64,000 nt of DNA from a virus. Below are positions 37,886 to 47,280 of this stretch, piece after piece. The notes beneath the pieces are model-generated. The model saw only the letters and a list, made by a program, of their open reading frames with translations. It did not search any database and was not told the DNA's origin. Position 1 is the first letter of the stretch, and every line of letters starts with the position of its first letter. A program made the position numbers and the translations under genes. The DNA is taken from IMG/VR virus record IMGVR_UViG_3300045988_048443; one strand, written 5' to 3'.

Positions 37886-38362
37886 CGTTTAATGTGTTAT
37901 AGTGTGTCGCTACTAATGAATAAAAAAAAGAGTAACTCATCCTCACGGACAAGCTACTCCTAATAATATACAATTGATTGAAATGTAATGCAGCCACTGC
38001 TGCTAATGTTGAATTATAAAATCTTATAACATGGAATGCAAATATCAAAAACATAAGTAATATTTCAATTTCTTTCGTAAGCGGTCAAATAATTAAAGTA
38101 GTATGATTAATCGACATTAATATATAAGTTGCTTAGAAATCATTTATTATGTAATTGTGGGAGTTTCCCACTAAGTTGGCACAGATTAAACTCGTATGCC
38201 TGGAGCTGAAATAAGACTGACAAGTAATAATGATTATTCAATAAATTACACTTTAAATGACTTCTAAGCTACTTTGATATTACAGCTGAATGATTATTCA
38301 GGAGATGAAAATCACCCTCGTACAGAGGATTTCAAAATGTAGGATGTGCCATATAGCTCAAC

Positions 38363-38608
38363 TTAATTAAAAGGAGCTTTAATTATATTACCATTATCAT
38401 CAAGATAAATAACACTATCTGTGTCATATCCATCATTTGTAGAATCAACATCATTGATTTCATAGAAATCATCATTAATTCCACAACTATCTATACTTAC
38501 AGGTTTATTATTAGAAACTTTATTATAACTACAAGCACCAAGTCCGGCAGCTATAATAGCAAGTATAAGTATGGCTATATTCTTATGTTTATTATAATTT
38601 GGATTCAT
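38363..38608 (-). CDS. Small putative lipoprotein
   Basis: N-terminal signal peptide with lipobox (ILILAIIAAGLGA-C). 81 aa. Last gene of the - strand module. Confidence 0.55.
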   Translation of the reverse strand: MNPNYNKHKNIAILILAIIAAGLGACSYNKVSNNKPVSIDSCGINDDFYEINDVDSTNDGYDTDSVIYLDDNGNIIKAPFN

Positions 38609-38622
38609 AATAATTTTAAATT

Positions 38623-38659
38623 AAAAAAAAACTGCTAGTACTTTCACAAACACTAGCAG
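38623..38659 (-). terminator. Rho-independent terminator (- strand)
   Basis: CTGCTAGT (38632-38639) pairs with ACTAGCAG (38652-38659). An A9 run at 38623-38631 reads as a T9 tail on the - strand. Confidence 0.7.
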
Positions 38660-38686
38660 CAACAACAGAAGAAAAATTTTCAGTAT

Positions 38687-38959
38687 TTATTTCAAATACA
38701 AATCTATATACCTCTGTATACAGTTCACATGAGTACTTCCAACAAATTTAAATGTTACTTCATCATCTTCAAGAAATATTGTAGTAGGATAATCATAAGC
38801 TTTATACTTATGAATAAGTCTTTTAGGAAGCTCTGTAAAATCTTTAATTTCAAGAGCTATTTCTTTAGATGATTTAGCAATAACTGTTTGAATGTTATTT
38901 ATTACTATAGAACAACCAAGACAATTCTTAGTCGTTATTATCAGGATTTTTCTTTTCAT
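38687..38959 (-). CDS. Thioredoxin/glutaredoxin-fold protein
   Basis: 90 aa. It has a CxxC motif after the first beta strand (ILIITTKNCLGCS) and a cis-Pro loop-like YPTTIFL. Confidence 0.55.
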   Translation of the reverse strand: MKRKILIITTKNCLGCSIVINNIQTVIAKSSKEIALEIKDFTELPKRLIHKYKAYDYPTTIFLEDDEVTFKFVGSTHVNCIQRYIDLYLK

Positions 38960-39203
38960 TTATCTCAGCTACTTTTTCATAATAAGAACCATCAGGAGTA
39001 AAATGAACTCCTTCATTATTAAGAATAGTCTCATAAGTCTTTGCTGTATTCTTCAAATCTCTAAGAAGTAAAGCAAGATTAGCAAAAGTTACTTTACTAA
39101 CTTTATCACTATTCTCAGCGTTTCCAATAAACTTAGCTACATTGTTAACTTCGATAGCAGTATGTGCGTGCTGCTTAATCATTTCTGATACCCACTTTTT
39201 CAT
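38928..39203 (-). CDS. Hypothetical protein
   Basis: 91-aa ORF overlapping the downstream gene start by 32 nt. Confidence 0.5.
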   Translation of the reverse strand: MKKWVSEMIKQHAHTAIEVNNVAKFIGNAENSDKVSKVTFANLALLLRDLKNTAKTYETILNNEGVHFTPDGSYYEKVAEINEKKNPDNND

Positions 39204-39227
39204 ATTGTTTACTATTTAAATTATTAA

Positions 39228-39836
39228 TTATTTCTTTGCGGTAGAACCAAATCCACCATCACCTCTATCAGTTATGCCAAGGTCTTCAAGATTCTTAACT
39301 GGTTCAAAACAAATTTGTCTATGATGAGGAATCTCAAGTTGACCAATAACATCACCAACCTCAATAGGTTTTGCATTACTTATAATAGAACGGAATACAA
39401 CAAAAAATTCTCCACGATAACTTTCATCACCAGTACAAGGAGAATTAGGTATTACGTAACCCATCTTAGTAATACGTGAATTAGGACGTAAAGTAAGTGA
39501 ATCACGATATTCAGTAGCAACATGAATACCAGTTCCACATTTAACACGACCATCTTTTGTAAGTTCAACACTAGTTGCAATTACATCACAACAAGCATCT
39601 GTAGCATGTCCATAAGCATGACCGTCTTTATCACCTTCACTCATATAATGAGCATACTCTGGAATTTGTGCTTTAACTTTAGGGTCAAGCCAAATCTTAA
39701 CTGGAACAAAATCAATAGCTGTACGAAGAGCTTCTTTAAGCTCTTTTTCAGCTAACTCTCTGTTGTCAGGAGTGTCTTTAAAAGCATTTGCATAATTAAT
39801 CATTGCATCTGCTATACGATTACTTAATTGACTCAT
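39228..39836 (-). CDS. dut: dUTP pyrophosphatase (trimeric dUTPase) with an N-terminal extension
   Basis: Classic dUTPase motifs: GDESYRGEF (motif 3), VGDVIGQLEI (motif 4) and the C-terminal RGDGGFGST (motif 5). Confidence 0.8.
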   Translation of the reverse strand: MSQLSNRIADAMINYANAFKDTPDNRELAEKELKEALRTAIDFVPVKIWLDPKVKAQIPEYAHYMSEGDKDGHAYGHATDACCDVIATSVELTKDGRVKCGTGIHVATEYRDSLTLRPNSRITKMGYVIPNSPCTGDESYRGEFFVVFRSIISNAKPIEVGDVIGQLEIPHHRQICFEPVKNLEDLGITDRGDGGFGSTAKK

Positions 39837-39839
39837 AAT

Positions 39840-40388
39840 TTAATTATATGTTATTTGTAATACATTAGTATCAAAATTATAAACTATAGCATCATATTCA
39901 TTTATCCATAATTGTTTACTATTATTGAATCTATCTTTAGTAGTTTCACAATTACGTTTAAAAGCATTAGTACTACATCGTCTAATAACAAGAGGATTTA
40001 ATAGATAATATTTAGAATCAATATCAAAATTGTATTCATCAATACCTTCTATATCTTTCCAAGCAATCATAACACCAGCTTTAATTAATTCTTTAATTGC
40101 ATCTCTAACTCTATCTGGAGTTTTAGCATTAACTAAACCGGATTTGATTACTTCTTTTGTAACTATTCTAAAACTAGTTTGATTTTGACTAAGTTTCTTA
40201 TAAATATAATAAGCTACTTGAGTTGCAGTTTTAGAACAATGTACGGCTATTTCAGGAGCAAAATATGTTCCTGCTCCTTTAAACACATCATAAATAGTTT
40301 CTACATCTTGTAGTTTACCATTTATTTTAGTTCTAGCTTTACCTGTTGCTTCAGCCATAATTGTTTTATAATTTATAAAAGTAATCAT
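39840..40388 (-). CDS. Hypothetical protein; start uncertain
   Basis: The ORF track starts at a TTG (40436) that abuts a terminator hairpin. The first ATGs are at 40388 and 40358. No motif recognised. Confidence 0.5.
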   Translation of the reverse strand: MITFINYKTIMAEATGKARTKINGKLQDVETIYDVFKGAGTYFAPEIAVHCSKTATQVAYYIYKKLSQNQTSFRIVTKEVIKSGLVNAKTPDRVRDAIKELIKAGVMIAWKDIEGIDEYNFDIDSKYYLLNPLVIRRCSTNAFKRNCETTKDRFNNSKQLWINEYDAIVYNFDTNVLQITYN

Positions 40389-40434
40389 AGTATCATAAGT
40401 ATTATATACATCATCAACGCTTGTGCAAATATAC

Positions 40435-40473
40435 AAAAAAAGTAGGTTGCTATCACAACAACCTACATTTTTT
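40435..40473 (-). terminator. Rho-independent terminator, bidirectional in appearance
   Basis: GTAGGTTG (40442-40449) pairs with CAACCTAC (40459-40466). It is flanked by A7 on one side and T6 on the other. Confidence 0.7.
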
Positions 40474-40640
40474 AGCGTTAAATAATGTTTAATAAACTAA
40501 CACTCAATATGTTACAACGTACCTATATAATATATAATACAGCATATTAATGTTAGTTGCTATGATTATCACTACAAAGATAAGCATTATCATCAGTATT
40601 ACTACTAATAATAAGTACTTTAACAATAGTTTAACCACTA

Positions 40641-40716
40641 ACATCTTCTACGGGGCGGCTTTAGTTGCTTCTAGTATTCTAACACTAGTAGTTGCTCTAT
40701 CCTCCCCGTAAAGAAG
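40641..40716. repeat. GC-motif inverted pair in an intergenic region
   Basis: ACATCTTCTACGGGGCGG (40641-40658, reverse orientation) and CCTCCCCGTAAAGAAG (40701-40716). The 10-nt cores are complementary at 9 of 10 positions. An inner CTAGT/ACTAG hairpin lies between them. The pair starts 5 nt after the stop codon at 40721-40723. Confidence 0.8.
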
Positions 40717-40720
40717 CGTA

Positions 40721-41002
40721 TCAAAAGTTATATAGCATCATTCCTAATGACGTTACCCATTCTTTAGCATCTTCTTTATTATCAAATACTAATTCTTCAG
40801 GAACATTAGGAACACCTTTAGTTTCATCAATCATAATAGTGTAATTTACAACACTTTGATTATTATCAGCATAACTAGTAACTGCATTAATTGTACCAAC
40901 GAAGAATTTACCACTAATATGACTAAAAGCTAGTACCTCATCACCAACTTTGTAATGAGGTACTTTAAATTGATTTTCATTCTTGTTAAAACTAACTTGC
41001 AT
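40721..41002 (-). CDS. Hypothetical protein
   Basis: 93-aa ORF overlapping the upstream gene end by 11 nt. Confidence 0.55.
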   Translation of the reverse strand: MQVSFNKNENQFKVPHYKVGDEVLAFSHISGKFFVGTINAVTSYADNNQSVVNYTIMIDETKGVPNVPEELVFDNKEDAKEWVTSLGMMLYNF

Positions 41003-42044
41003 AAGCTACAACAGAATTAAGAGCTTTATTCATATTATTATTAGCACTACCCCAAACAAGACTATTCATACGTTTCTCACCTTCAAGATTAGCAACGTTA
41101 CAATAGAAACCAGTTACAGCATTATATGCACCCCAGGCAGTACCACAAATATCTTTCTGACCGATACCATCATTATAGTAATCCATCATATTATAAAGTT
41201 GATTAGCTTTACGAGAAGATATTTCAACTGCTTCAAGAAGTCTATAATCACGAGCAACAAGTCGAGCATAACCTTTATTAGGGTCATACTGATTAATTCG
41301 TTCAATCTCAGCAGGAGTAAGTTGTAATTCACAAAGATACTTATAAACTTCTTCATCACTCATCTTAATAGTAGTAAGATGACGATAAAGTTCTTGAGCA
41401 TCTAAAGCGTGAGAACAAGCAACTTTAAGTACTTGAGCACCAAGTTCAAGTTTCTCTTTTATAGACTTAGTATGTCTAAGTCTAATATGACAAGAAGCTT
41501 TATCCAAAGCACCATTAAGCATATTAGTACAAATAACACGAACAGGAGTAATCATAATGTCTACAGATGAACCACCATCATGTCCATTACTGAACACAAG
41601 ATAATTATCTATAACATCATCTTTACTTACAGAAGTTTGTACTGGCAGTTTAGCACTAACATATACTTTTTCTCCCATATTAAGACAAGCAGCTTTATCC
41701 CAAATTGCTTTACCTTCACCAATGGCATTATTAAAGAAATTAAAAGCGTCCATATTTTGAACAACTTCATACTTATCTTTAACTATACCTAAAGGATAAT
41801 TACAATCTGTACGATAGGTAGCATAAGCATTAGCACATTCACGATAAATATTACCATCATGTACAAAAGCATCTTCACCTAAATCGTTATTACTACCTAT
41901 TCTAAAAGGCATTTTACCTACAAGTTCACACTTTTGAACAGACCAATCAAGACCTGCTTTCTTCATTACATCTTGTGCAGTTACACAATCAGATACGTCT
42001 TTACCAATAGCCCAAGGAAGACCACCACGATTAAATTTACTCAT
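40992..42044 (-). CDS. DUF932-like phage/plasmid protein
   Basis: The N-terminus (LPWAIGKDVSDCVTAQDVMKKAGLDWSVQKCELV) resembles, from memory, the conserved start of DUF932/TIGR03299-type proteins. Not verified by HMM. Confidence 0.45.
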   Translation of the reverse strand: MSKFNRGGLPWAIGKDVSDCVTAQDVMKKAGLDWSVQKCELVGKMPFRIGSNNDLGEDAFVHDGNIYRECANAYATYRTDCNYPLGIVKDKYEVVQNMDAFNFFNNAIGEGKAIWDKAACLNMGEKVYVSAKLPVQTSVSKDDVIDNYLVFSNGHDGGSSVDIMITPVRVICTNMLNGALDKASCHIRLRHTKSIKEKLELGAQVLKVACSHALDAQELYRHLTTIKMSDEEVYKYLCELQLTPAEIERINQYDPNKGYARLVARDYRLLEAVEISSRKANQLYNMMDYYNDGIGQKDICGTAWGAYNAVTGFYCNVANLEGEKRMNSLVWGSANNNMNKALNSVVAYAS

Positions 42045-42076
42045 AACTCAGCGTTATTAAATTGTTAAACATTAAA

Positions 42077-42349
42077 TTAAATATTATCAGCAGGAGGAAG
42101 AGCTTCCTGATTATCTTTACTTTCTTCTTTATAATCAGGATTTAAATCACTAACGTTCCATCTATCACGTATTACATTTGAAACAATAAGTTCTACACTA
42201 ATTATATGTTTCTTTAGTTCTTCACCGTTATATTTAAGATATGAAGCACTACTTGTAGCATCAGATAAATCTTCTGCTAGAATATTAATATTAAGAAAAG
42301 TATTAGCTTTTACTTTAATATTTGTTTTAACGAAATATAGATTATACAT
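42077..42349 (-). CDS. Hypothetical protein
   Basis: 90-aa ORF with an ATG start. Confidence 0.5.
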   Translation of the reverse strand: MYNLYFVKTNIKVKANTFLNINILAEDLSDATSSASYLKYNGEELKKHIISVELIVSNVIRDRWNVSDLNPDYKEESKDNQEALPPADNI

Positions 42350-42365
42350 AATATTATTATTTATA

Positions 42366-42506
42366 TTAATAAGACGTTATATTTATAATGTCTAAAGATG
42401 AATCATACTCTACAGTAGTAGCATATACATCATCAACCATAACTTGACAGTCTCCATTAGTTTCTTGGAGACTGTCAAGTTTTTGTATTAGTTCTGAAAC
42501 TCTCAT
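42366..42506 (-). CDS. Possible small ORF (46 aa), below the ORF-track cutoff
   Basis: ATG at 42506, 1 nt after the upstream stop codon; TAA at 42366-42368. It contains a 13-bp perfect inverted repeat, so it may instead be regulatory DNA. Confidence 0.3.
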   Translation of the reverse strand: MRVSELIQKLDSLQETNGDCQVMVDDVYATTVEYDSSLDIINITSY

Positions 42507-42507
42507 G

Positions 42508-43272
42508 TTATTTAATAGTTAAATTATCATTTTCAACAATTTCAGCAATATTGGAAACACAACCATCATCTTTGATTTTAACTTTCATAAGTTTCTTATC
42601 AATACTAGGTTTAAATTTCCAACCATCACGATTAACAGCTCCAATATTAGTCATAAGCTGATAACCATCACCCTTGAGAAGGTCTGTAAGTTTAACTGGA
42701 ACAGTAACCTCAATATTAACATCATCAAGGTCTTCTATTTCAATTTCACTACATTCATAATTACCAGAATCTTTAGCAGTATTAACAATAGCATCAAGTA
42801 ATGCTTGTTCATCTACAGAAGAATTTTGGTTAAGAGTACCGGTATATATACCATTAGCAAAAGTTACTTTAAGCATATCATTAATAGCATCAAGTTTCTT
42901 ACTATTAACTTCAATAGTTTCGCTTTTACGAATAGTTACTTTACCAGTACCCCAATCAATCCATTTCTTACCACTCTTATCTTCTTTACCATACTTTTTA
43001 ATAGCAAAGAGAACAAGATTAGTAAGACCTTTAATTGTATTCTCTTTAGACTTCTTGAGTTTAGCAAGTCTATCAGTCTCAGACTTAATAGCAAGAATAT
43101 CAGCATTCAAATTATTAATAAAGTTAGTTATATTCTTAACTTTATTAGTCATTTCTTGACCGTTAATTTCAAGCTTTTCTTCCATTTCTGGAGTTATTTC
43201 TCCACATGCTTCTTCAATCTCATCATAAAGAGAATAAAGTTCTCTATCAATATCGAAAATACTTTTTGCCAT
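42508..43272 (-). CDS. Gp157-like coiled-coil protein (tentative)
   Basis: The N-terminal half (IFDIDRELYSLYDEIEE...EEKLEI...NKVKNITNFINNLNADILAIKSETDRLAKLKKSKENTIKGL) resembles the Siphovirus Gp157 family pattern as I recall it. Not verified. Confidence 0.35.
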   Translation of the reverse strand: MAKSIFDIDRELYSLYDEIEEACGEITPEMEEKLEINGQEMTNKVKNITNFINNLNADILAIKSETDRLAKLKKSKENTIKGLTNLVLFAIKKYGKEDKSGKKWIDWGTGKVTIRKSETIEVNSKKLDAINDMLKVTFANGIYTGTLNQNSSVDEQALLDAIVNTAKDSGNYECSEIEIEDLDDVNIEVTVPVKLTDLLKGDGYQLMTNIGAVNRDGWKFKPSIDKKLMKVKIKDDGCVSNIAEIVENDNLTIK

Positions 43273-43281
43273 ATTATTTAA

Positions 43282-43470
43282 TTATTTAATAGTTAAATCT
43301 ACATCTGCTCTATGAGTAATTTTACCATCTTCAACAGTAGAATAATTACGACCTACAGTAACACGAACTTCAACTTCAGGATTAGCTACTTCAAAATCAC
43401 TAATCAACTTGAGAATATCATTCTCTAAAGTCTTTGCATTCTTCTTAACTTCATTAATTGTCTTTTCCAT
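43282..43470 (-). CDS. Hypothetical protein
   Basis: 62-aa ORF in a tight gene chain. Confidence 0.45.
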   Translation of the reverse strand: MEKTINEVKKNAKTLENDILKLISDFEVANPEVEVRVTVGRNYSTVEDGKITHRADVDLTIK

Positions 43471-43473
43471 AAT

Positions 43474-43695
43474 TTATAAGTTTAAATGAGTTTCTACATT
43501 ATTTACTACACACAAAGGACATTCATCAGTCAGCATATACTTAACTTCATCAGAATTATAATTATTACTAAGTAACCACATTTCTGCAATTTGATTAATA
43601 TCTACATTAGAATCTTTATCAACATCTGCGTCAAAGTCAGTTATATCAGCAACTTCAATTTGTCCCATATTATAATTTAAAATACTTATCCACAT
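43474..43695 (-). CDS. Hypothetical acidic protein
   Basis: 73-aa ORF overlapping the thyX end by 10 nt. Confidence 0.45.
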   Translation of the reverse strand: MWISILNYNMGQIEVADITDFDADVDKDSNVDINQIAEMWLLSNNYNSDEVKYMLTDECPLCVVNNVETHLNL

Positions 43696-44651
43696 GTTAC
43701 AGCATTAATTAAATTATCAACTTTATCAGCAAGCTCTTTAGCCATAGGATGAGGAGTTCCACTAACACCATTAGAACGTAAATCAATATAATGATTCCAA
43801 TCATCATCAAAAGCAGTATGAACTACTTGAGTTTTAGTATTAAGAGGAAGAATTTCTCTAGCTTGTTGTGCAGCCCAACCAAATTCACGAGTTTTACGAT
43901 AAACTAAATCACAGATTTGAAGACCATAAAAGAACCAATCTACAGCATTCCAATTATCTGTATATTGTTCTTCAATTACATTATTATCAAAGATTTCATT
44001 ATCATTAAAGAAACCTTCACTGTAATCATGACCTTCATCAGTAGGGTCAACATCTGGAATCCAAGGAAGTTTAGCAACAGTTATTCCATTACCAAATTTA
44101 CCTTTATCATAAGCACAATATCTAGTACTTTCTTCACTAATACTATTAACTCTATGACGATTAAGTTCGCGACTGGCACCAATATCAGTTGTAAAAGAAA
44201 TAGTGCTTCTTGACATATAATAAGGAGAATTAGGAGTTGTATCTATAAATTCAAGTTCATCCATCCAATGATGTTCAATAAGAACTCTCATATTAGTAGT
44301 TACATAAATATAACCTTCATGTTCTCTAGTTCTACTATATTGATTATGAATAAATCTAGTAGCTTGAGCAGCAGCTCTAGGCATAAATAGAGGATATTTA
44401 AGATGAACTGTTCCGTGCTCACAGACTGAAAGATGACATTTTACAATATCTTTAGTGTTATACGATTGATTAGCAACATCATTACCTCTAAATAAAGTTC
44501 TAACTAAGAAACCATAATCAGTTTCTCCATTATTCTTTGAAGTCGATTGATAACAAACACGAGCACATCTAGCTATATGTTTCCAAATAGCATCAAGTGT
44601 ATAACCTTCTTGTTTCCAAAGTTCAACACTAGGATTTACAACTTTAATCAT
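43686..44651 (-). CDS. thyX: Flavin-dependent thymidylate synthase ThyX
   Basis: ThyX signature RHR-x7-S is present (SRELNRHRVNSISEESTRY). The length (321 aa) and the C-terminal R..H region are consistent with ThyX. Confidence 0.8.
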   Translation of the reverse strand: MIKVVNPSVELWKQEGYTLDAIWKHIARCARVCYQSTSKNNGETDYGFLVRTLFRGNDVANQSYNTKDIVKCHLSVCEHGTVHLKYPLFMPRAAAQATRFIHNQYSRTREHEGYIYVTTNMRVLIEHHWMDELEFIDTTPNSPYYMSRSTISFTTDIGASRELNRHRVNSISEESTRYCAYDKGKFGNGITVAKLPWIPDVDPTDEGHDYSEGFFNDNEIFDNNVIEEQYTDNWNAVDWFFYGLQICDLVYRKTREFGWAAQQAREILPLNTKTQVVHTAFDDDWNHYIDLRSNGVSGTPHPMAKELADKVDNLINAVTCG

Positions 44652-44656
44652 ATTAT

Positions 44657-45307
44657 TTACTTTTTACGTTTAACAAAATCTTTTCCAGCAGCATAATCAT
44701 TAGGAGACATAGCAACTACGTTTTCTTTATGTTCACTAGTAACAGGAATTTCTTTATCATCAGCAGATAAATTATATACATATCCATCTTTATCTTTACA
44801 AAGATTGTCAAAACCATAGGCAGCTATAATTTCATTAGTTACATCTTTCCTACTAGTTTCTTCAATAAGAACTAATTTATCTGTTTTAACAAGAGTAGAA
44901 ATATCTATGAAAGATGACTCTACACCCCCCGTAAAAGGTATTGTAGGTTCGTTTCCTTCATTACTAGCTTGCCAAGCTAATAACATATTACAATAATTAG
45001 CTAAATCTTGAATAGTATCAAACATACTTTCATCTTTAACATTAGGATTACTGTAACCTTGAAAATCATCTTCAATAAGATGAATCAAACGATTAGCTTT
45101 ATCATACATTCTAGCTAGACCATATCTATAGCCTAGTTTATCACAACCCTTATTGAAAGCATTACCATAATCAGCATTCTTTTTAGCCATAAGATTAAGC
45201 ATCTTATTTTGCTGGTCACGTAATGCAACAACTTCAGGAGTTACAAGGTGCTCTGGAACTACTCTATTAAGCACCGCTTTCCAATACTTTAAATCACTTT
45301 CTGTCAT
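44657..45307 (-). CDS. Hypothetical protein, DUF1599-like N-terminal helical domain (tentative)
   Basis: KNADYGNAFNKGCDKLGY...GLARMYDKANRL resembles helical proteins that often sit next to thymidylate synthase genes in phages. This is from memory and needs an HMM check. Confidence 0.3.
   Translation of the reverse strand: MTESDLKYWKAVLNRVVPEHLVTPEVVALRDQQNKMLNLMAKKNADYGNAFNKGCDKLGYRYGLARMYDKANRLIHLIEDDFQGYSNPNVKDESMFDTIQDLANYCNMLLAWQASNEGNEPTIPFTGGVESSFIDISTLVKTDKLVLIEETSRKDVTNEIIAAYGFDNLCKDKDGYVYNLSADDKEIPVTSEHKENVVAMSPNDYAAGKDFVKRKK
44925..44941 (+). repeat. GC-motif copy (C6 variant), antisense to its host CDS
   Basis: CCCCCCGTAAAAGGTAT. In the - strand gene it encodes F-T-G-G-V. Confidence 0.85.
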
Positions 45308-45315
45308 AATTGTTA

Positions 45316-45561
45316 TTATTTATATTTTACTTTACATTTTGTAGCTTCAACTTCTCTAATAGAATTATCGCTAATTACACGAACAATATAAATAGTTTTA
45401 CCTTTACTAAATAATCTTGGTTGTTCGTGTCTAACATCAATTACTTCTCCAACAAGTATTATTGGAATATCTATAGGAGTATCAAAAACTTCATCACCAT
45501 AATCATCATAATCATTAGAAGAAATAATTTTTGAATTTAATTCTTGCCATTCTACTATCAT
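45316..45561 (-). CDS. Hypothetical protein
   Basis: 81-aa ORF. Confidence 0.5.
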   Translation of the reverse strand: MIVEWQELNSKIISSNDYDDYGDEVFDTPIDIPIILVGEVIDVRHEQPRLFSKGKTIYIVRVISDNSIREVEATKCKVKYK

Positions 45562-45576
45562 AATTATTTTATTAAG

Positions 45577-47043
45577 TTAAATATCTGTCATTCCCACAGC
45601 TTCGATAGTTCTTCCGCTAGGTAAATGAATCAAATGATTTTCCATACATTCTTCAGTAGTTCTATTGAGAGGAAAAGCAAGTCTATTTTGTAGATTATAA
45701 TATCTAGCAAAATCTTTAATATCATCAAACCAAAGAATATGACAACCTATTATAAATTTCCATTCTTTATATCCTGATTTCTCAGGTTCATCTTGTCCGC
45801 ATTTAATAATGTCAACGAACTTATCTTCATAAGAAATACTTGAAACACAAAATGAACCAATTTTAAATTCATCACGTTTAAATCTAAATATAGTTTTGCC
45901 ACTAAGAATATAATTAGTATAAAGCTGATTAAATATATTAATAGCAGTTTCAAGAGGAACTATAGCACCACGACTAGTTTCAACCCAATTAGGTTTACCA
46001 GGTTTAAGTCTAAGTTGAGTATTAGAGAATACAACTTTATTAATAAAACTAGGAATAGGTTCAATGGTTCTTTTATAGTAATTAGCATAATATCTAGTAT
46101 ACTTTATTCTAGAAGTATAATTAGGTTTTCTCCAATCATCAACAGAACTATTTACCTTAGATAAAGCTTCTTTATAATTAGCTTCTGACTTATCAGCATA
46201 TCTCTTAGCAAGTTTATCAAAAGCTTCAGCTTTAGCTTTATCTTTAATTTTTACTTCTTCAATATAATCGTCAGACCAATTCTTATTAAGTTCTTTCCAA
46301 CTAATACCTTTATGAATACAAAACTTAGTATAGAACTTACATTTCTTAATTTTAAGAAGTTCTTCATCAGTAAATAGTTTATCTTCAAGAATGGTTTTAA
46401 TAGTAGGAAAATCAACTTTATAATCATTTATCCAATATGGCTTAGTATATAAAGGTTTACACTTAGATATAAACTTATATTTATCAGCAAAAACTTTAAT
46501 CTCAGTAAAATATCGTAGTCGATGTTCATTACCATAATTAGGAATTTGTTTACTTACACCATTAAGAACTTTATATTCATGATAATACGTTTCAAGATAC
46601 TTTTTAATAACATACGTCATGTGCATCTTAATAAGTACTTTCTTATTCTTTGGTTCAGTTATATCATAAAGAGGAATATCTTCATCAGTTTTATAAATAG
46701 TATAACCTACTGGAAGACCATATTTAATGCTCCAAGAATAATCAGCTCCTTCTTTAATTACAGCTATTTTACGTTCACGGTTAATAATAGCCATACAAGC
46801 ACCTTTAAGACCTCCACACCAGCCTTCTTTATCCCAATTCTCTTTAATGTAATCAGGAGTAAGTTTTGTCCCTAATGATTTTCCTCTATGAAAGAAATAA
46901 CCATAACCAAAACAATAGCAATGATAATTACTATCATACCAACCAGGTTCATCACGATGAATACCTTCATGAATACCGGCATATTTAGTAAACGAATGTT
47001 TAACTTTTCTATTAGGTTCAGCACCTACTTTACTTTTAACCAT
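45577..47043 (-). CDS. Hypothetical protein (488 aa)
   Basis: Long ORF, K/Y/W-rich. No motif recognised. Confidence 0.6.
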   Translation of the reverse strand: MVKSKVGAEPNRKVKHSFTKYAGIHEGIHRDEPGWYDSNYHCYCFGYGYFFHRGKSLGTKLTPDYIKENWDKEGWCGGLKGACMAIINRERKIAVIKEGADYSWSIKYGLPVGYTIYKTDEDIPLYDITEPKNKKVLIKMHMTYVIKKYLETYYHEYKVLNGVSKQIPNYGNEHRLRYFTEIKVFADKYKFISKCKPLYTKPYWINDYKVDFPTIKTILEDKLFTDEELLKIKKCKFYTKFCIHKGISWKELNKNWSDDYIEEVKIKDKAKAEAFDKLAKRYADKSEANYKEALSKVNSSVDDWRKPNYTSRIKYTRYYANYYKRTIEPIPSFINKVVFSNTQLRLKPGKPNWVETSRGAIVPLETAINIFNQLYTNYILSGKTIFRFKRDEFKIGSFCVSSISYEDKFVDIIKCGQDEPEKSGYKEWKFIIGCHILWFDDIKDFARYYNLQNRLAFPLNRTTEECMENHLIHLPSGRTIEAVGMTDI

Positions 47044-47080
47044 AATTTTACTTTTAATGTTTTACAATAAATATATTATT

Positions 47081-47197
47081 TTAAATTGCATGATTGCGAA
47101 TAGCATAATAAAGAAGCATTAAACTTCCTATTATTATATAAGGTGCAACAAGCACTAAACAACCAAACCAACCACTATTATAATCTTCATTGGTCAT
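47081..47197 (-). CDS. Possible small membrane protein (38 aa), below the ORF-track cutoff
   Basis: MTNEDYNSGWFGCLVLVAPYIIIGSLMLLYYAIRNHAI, with one clear hydrophobic helix. ATG at 47197; TAA at 47081-47083. Confidence 0.35.
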   Translation of the reverse strand: MTNEDYNSGWFGCLVLVAPYIIIGSLMLLYYAIRNHAI

Positions 47198-47280
47198 ACT
47201 ATTAAGTTATTTAATATTTTAATTTTGTTTCTAACAAATTGAATTTAGTTATATGAATAACTAATAAGCAGGCACAATAA

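Noticed and set aside
37836-38054. 72-aa - strand ORF in the junction region
   Set aside because: It spans the 37850-37885 terminator hairpin, its composition is not gene-like, and it lies outside both operons. I treat it as non-coding.
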